The notes beneath the pieces were generated by a model. It was not told the origin of the DNA, did no database searches, and saw only the letters and a list, made by a program, of their open reading frames with translations. Positions 61,114 to 64,000 of a stretch of 64,000 nucleotides of DNA are shown here, in pieces. A program made the translations under genes and the position numbers. Source of the DNA: Candidatus Krumholzibacteriales bacterium (lineage in GTDB: Bacteria; Krumholzibacteriota; Krumholzibacteriia; Krumholzibacteriales; WJIX01); the NCBI GenBank assembly GCA_046483305.1, contig JAWODM010000024.1, positions 25,714-89,713 on the forward strand. Direction: 5' to 3'. Position 1 is the first letter of the stretch; each line of letters opens with the position of its first letter.

Positions 61114-61599
61114 ATGAAGAGGTTTGTTCATTTTCTGCTTTTGGTCGGTATCTGGCTTCTTTTCACCTGGTCGCTGCAGTGGCAGGAGGTACTGATAGGA
61201 GTGGTGGTAGCCCTCCTGGCCGAACTCCTGCTGGGAAACATTTTCCCTCTGGGCGCGATCAGGGTGCTGAACCCGGTGAGGTTCTTCTGGCTGATAATAT
61301 ACGGTATTGTGTTCGCCTGGTACGTAATCAAGGCCAACTTCGATGTGGCCTACAGAGTAATAAATATATACATGCCGATAAATCCCGGTATCGTAAAGGT
61401 AAGGACCAAACTGAAGACAGACATGGCCAGGACCTTCCTGGCGAACTCGATCACCCTGACTCCCGGAACTCTAACCGTGGACATGATCGGCGACATACTT
61501 TATGTTCACTGGATAAACATTACTTCCGAGGACCAGAAGGAAGAGACAGAGATTATTGTTAAGCGCTTTGAGAATCTATTGGAAAGGATTTTCGAGTGA
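61114..61599 (+). CDS. MrpE/MnhE (MbhA-like) subunit
   Basis: AN.DVA.RV, I.PGIV, LANSITLTPGTLT, LYVHWI. Confidence 0.93.
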   Translation: MKRFVHFLLLVGIWLLFTWSLQWQEVLIGVVVALLAELLLGNIFPLGAIRVLNPVRFFWLIIYGIVFAWYVIKANFDVAYRVINIYMPINPGIVKVRTKLKTDMARTFLANSITLTPGTLTVDMIGDILYVHWINITSEDQKEETEIIVKRFENLLERIFE

Positions 61600-61850
61600 A
61601 TGTATTTATAGCGTTATTGATATTATGTATTGTGATGTGCCTTTACAGGGTCGGCAAGGGCCCAACGGCGCCTGACAGGACAGTGGCTATCGATATACTC
61701 GGAACCCTGGTAGTTGGTATGTGCGCCATATTTACTATCATTACCGGCAAGGATTTCTATATGAATATAGGGATATCCTGGGCGCTGCTGAGCTTCATCG
61801 GCACTATAGCTCTTGCCAAGTATCTGGAAGGGAAGGGTTTTGATGAGTAA
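61596..61850 (+). CDS. MrpF/MnhF (MbhB-like) subunit
   Basis: R...GPT.PDR.VA.D, ALLSFIGT.A.AKYL. Confidence 0.92.
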   Translation: MNVFIALLILCIVMCLYRVGKGPTAPDRTVAIDILGTLVVGMCAIFTIITGKDFYMNIGISWALLSFIGTIALAKYLEGKGFDE

Positions 61851-62184
61851 TACCATAGGACTGACATTGTTTATAGTGGGAATATCATTCGACCTGGTGG
61901 GCTGCCTGGGACTGGTAAGGCTGCCCGATATATACAACCGGCTGCAGGCGGCTACCAAGTGCGTCACCCTGGGAACATGCATGATACTGCTGGGCGTATT
62001 GTTCTACACCGGGTTTAATGCCTCCGGAGTGAAGGCCCTGCTGTGCATCTGGTTCATATTGATATCATCTCCCACCGGGGCGCACGCCATAGCCAGGGGA
62101 GCCCATAAGTCAGGCATCAGGCTCTGGGAGCAGAGCAGGATGGATAAATACGCGGAAGACAAAGAAGGCGAAGCGATAAAATAA
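61843..62184 (+). CDS. MrpG/MnhG (MbhC-like) subunit
   Basis: GLVRLPD.YNRL.AATK..TLG, SP.GAHAIAR.A; start moved to ATG 61843. Confidence 0.92.
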   Translation: MSNTIGLTLFIVGISFDLVGCLGLVRLPDIYNRLQAATKCVTLGTCMILLGVLFYTGFNASGVKALLCIWFILISSPTGAHAIARGAHKSGIRLWEQSRMDKYAEDKEGEAIK

Positions 62185-62197
62185 TGTAGCGGGGGTC

Positions 62198-62833
62198 TTG
62201 AAGCGAATGCGCAAACCAAAACTTAGAGAACTCAAAGAAGCTGTAACAGCACTGATCAAAGGTCCTTATACATCCAAATTCCCGGCCGTGCCGCCAACGG
62301 TTCCGGAGCATTTCAGGGGAGCGCCCACCTATGATACGGACGAATGCGTGGGATGCGGAGCGTGCGGAGAGGTTTGCCCCGCCGGGGCGATAACCATTAC
62401 CGATATGGTATCGAAAGAGACCGGGGAGATGGTCCGGCATTTAGAGAGGAACTGGGGCCAGTGCATCTTCTGCAGCCAGTGCTATGTGTACTGCATAACC
62501 GGCAAGGGGATATACCTGGACGAGGATTTCGAGAAATCCACCATGGACCGGGCTGACTTCATCGATGAGCATGAAAAGGAGCTTCTGCTGTGCGAGCGAT
62601 GCGGGTCTGTCATATCTGCCAGGGAGCATATCCACTGGATAGCAGACCAGGTGGGGGAGCTGTCTTATGCCAACCCCACGCTGATGCTGGCCAGGCACAG
62701 CGAACTGAACCAGGCCGGCGAAGACAGGGGAATGGATGAAGGCAAGAGGCTGGAGAGAGATAACTACATGAGGATCCTCTGTCCGAACTGCCGGGCGGCT
62801 TATATCCTTACCGACGAATGGGGAGAGAGCTGA
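62198..62833 (+). CDS. 2x[4Fe-4S] subunit (NuoI/MbhN/HycF-like) with an extra CxxC...CxxC pair
   Basis: T..FP, FRG.P, CVGCGACGEVCP, CIFCSQC..YC, CERC...CPNC. Confidence 0.9.
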   Translation: MKRMRKPKLRELKEAVTALIKGPYTSKFPAVPPTVPEHFRGAPTYDTDECVGCGACGEVCPAGAITITDMVSKETGEMVRHLERNWGQCIFCSQCYVYCITGKGIYLDEDFEKSTMDRADFIDEHEKELLLCERCGSVISAREHIHWIADQVGELSYANPTLMLARHSELNQAGEDRGMDEGKRLERDNYMRILCPNCRAAYILTDEWGES

Positions 62834-62862
62834 TAGAAAAGCCTTAAAGAATTATAGAGCAT

Positions 62863-62889
62863 AAGGGCCTTCGGAAGAGGGCCCTTTTT
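62863..62889 (+). terminator. Intrinsic terminator between the hydrogenase structural genes and the maturation protease
   Basis: AAGGGCCTTC-GGAA-GAGGGCCCTT followed by TTT. Confidence 0.7.
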
Positions 62890-62906
62890 GCATGGAGGGA
62901 TAGCGG

Positions 62907-63374
62907 TTGGAAGAATTGATCAGAAGACTGAGGGGAAAGAGGTTCGGAGTAGTAGGCATAGGCAACGTGATCAGGGGAGACGACGGAGCCGGCTGCAGGG
63001 TGGCGGAGCTGCTTAAGGACAGAATAAAGCTTCCGGTGGTCGATGCCGCCGAAGTTCCCGAAAACTACGGGGGCTGGGTAACCAGGAGAGGGCTGGAGGC
63101 GGTGGTATATGTCGACGCGGTTGAGTTCGGGGGCCAGCCGGGGGAAGCCCGGATAATACCGATGGAGAACCTGATGATGAGCTGCAGCAGCACTCATTCG
63201 CTATCTCTTCACTACATGATCAAGTTTCTGGAGGATGAGTGGGAGGGAGACCCCATCCTGGTCGGAATCCAGCCGGCCTGCACCGACCTGAACGAGCCGC
63301 TGAGCTCCGAAGCGGAAGCCGGCGCGCAGAGGGTGGCGGAGGCGATTATAGAGGCCGCCGGCAGGAAGGAATAA
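62907..63374 (+). CDS. Hydrogenase maturation endopeptidase (HycI-like)
   Basis: GIGN..RGDDG.G, PEN, VDA..FG..PG, STH, GIQP. Confidence 0.92.
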   Translation: MEELIRRLRGKRFGVVGIGNVIRGDDGAGCRVAELLKDRIKLPVVDAAEVPENYGGWVTRRGLEAVVYVDAVEFGGQPGEARIIPMENLMMSCSSTHSLSLHYMIKFLEDEWEGDPILVGIQPACTDLNEPLSSEAEAGAQRVAEAIIEAAGRKE

Positions 63375-63767
63375 TTATCAGGGGATGCCTTTTTCCGAAT
63401 AAATCTTGAATTCCACCGTCCGGAAATATTATTTCCTCAAAGAGAACCCCACCCGAATATTGCGATATTATACAATGAGCGAATCAATGGACTCAAATTC
63501 GAAGATCAGATTATGAACGCCTGCGATAGGGGGCGGCGCTTTGTTATGAAATGCGCGCGGATAAAGTGAGTGGTTTTATCTGCAGTTTTTATGATCTTCT
63601 TATGCGGCGCCTGGGCTTCAGTGAATATCCTGCTGATGCAACAGGAGCTGGCAACCGAATACAGTTATAATTTTTATCTGGGCTTGACTCAAAGATTCGG
63701 CTCAAAATACGCCAATATAGTCAATCCGAGGTTGTAGATGAAGCGGCTGTTTTTCTTGCAACCTCTT

Positions 63768-64000
63768 TTATAATGGCCATATAACCGGTATCAGCAGGGT
63801 CCCCACCAACCAGAGTATAATACTCAGAGACACTCCTATCCGCACGAAATCGCCGAATCTGTACCTCCCGGCGTTGTATATCATGGTATTGGCCTGGTAA
63901 CCAACCGGCGTGGCAAAGCTCAGCGAACTGGCAAAGGCCAGGGCGAACAGGAAGGTGCGGGGGTTCACCGACATCGAATTGGCGGCGCTGATCATTATGG
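63768..64000 (-). CDS. 3' end of an SLC13/DASS-family permease (truncated by the window edge)
   Basis: AS..SFATPVGYQ.N.MIY..G.YRF.DF.R.G motif. Confidence 0.85.
   Translation of the reverse strand, partial: IMISAANSMSVNPRTFLFALAFASSLSFATPVGYQANTMIYNAGRYRFGDFVRIGVSLSIILWLVGTLLIPVIWPL

Noticed and set aside
53019..62833. Complex I (nuo) or Mbx/Mbs sulfane reductase call
   Set aside because: The large subunit keeps all four Ni-ligating cysteines and a cleavable tail, and a maturation protease follows, so it is a true [NiFe]-hydrogenase.

Overview
Bacterial chromosomal window containing the replication origin. Left arm (minus strand): BatA/vWA-DUF58-MoxR cluster, S9 peptidase, then rpmH-rnpA-yidD-yidC-jag-mnmE-mnmG-rsmG-[2x parS]-parA-parB-M23-bactofilin, with a divergent hsp20 (sigma54-type promoter) and a small MITE-like element between them. 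Origin: dnaA flanked on both sides by DnaA boxes, with a DnaA-trio unwinding motif before dnaN. Right arm (mostly plus strand): dnaN-recF-dciA-gyrB-gyrA, a FlgD/CTD-type secreted protein, hflX, two GT-C-like membrane proteins, M20 and M49 peptidases, a split B12-dependent methionine synthase with a non-pyrrolysine MttB, an uncharacterised cysteine hydrolase / TrxB-like / RlmN-like radical SAM trio, a porin, nadA, a UGA-interrupted DUF1573-like gene (probable selenoprotein) next to a TlpA-like redoxin, and a 14.6 kb, 18-gene group-4 (Mbh/Mrp-like) [NiFe]-hydrogenase locus with an unusual AsrA/AsrB-like NAD(P) module and a Mo-ligand-less molybdopterin-fold subunit. The gene content suggests an anaerobic, diderm, probably FCB-superphylum organism (inference only). 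I saw no rRNA, tRNA, CRISPR array or transposase. All calls come from motif recognition by eye; no database searches were run.
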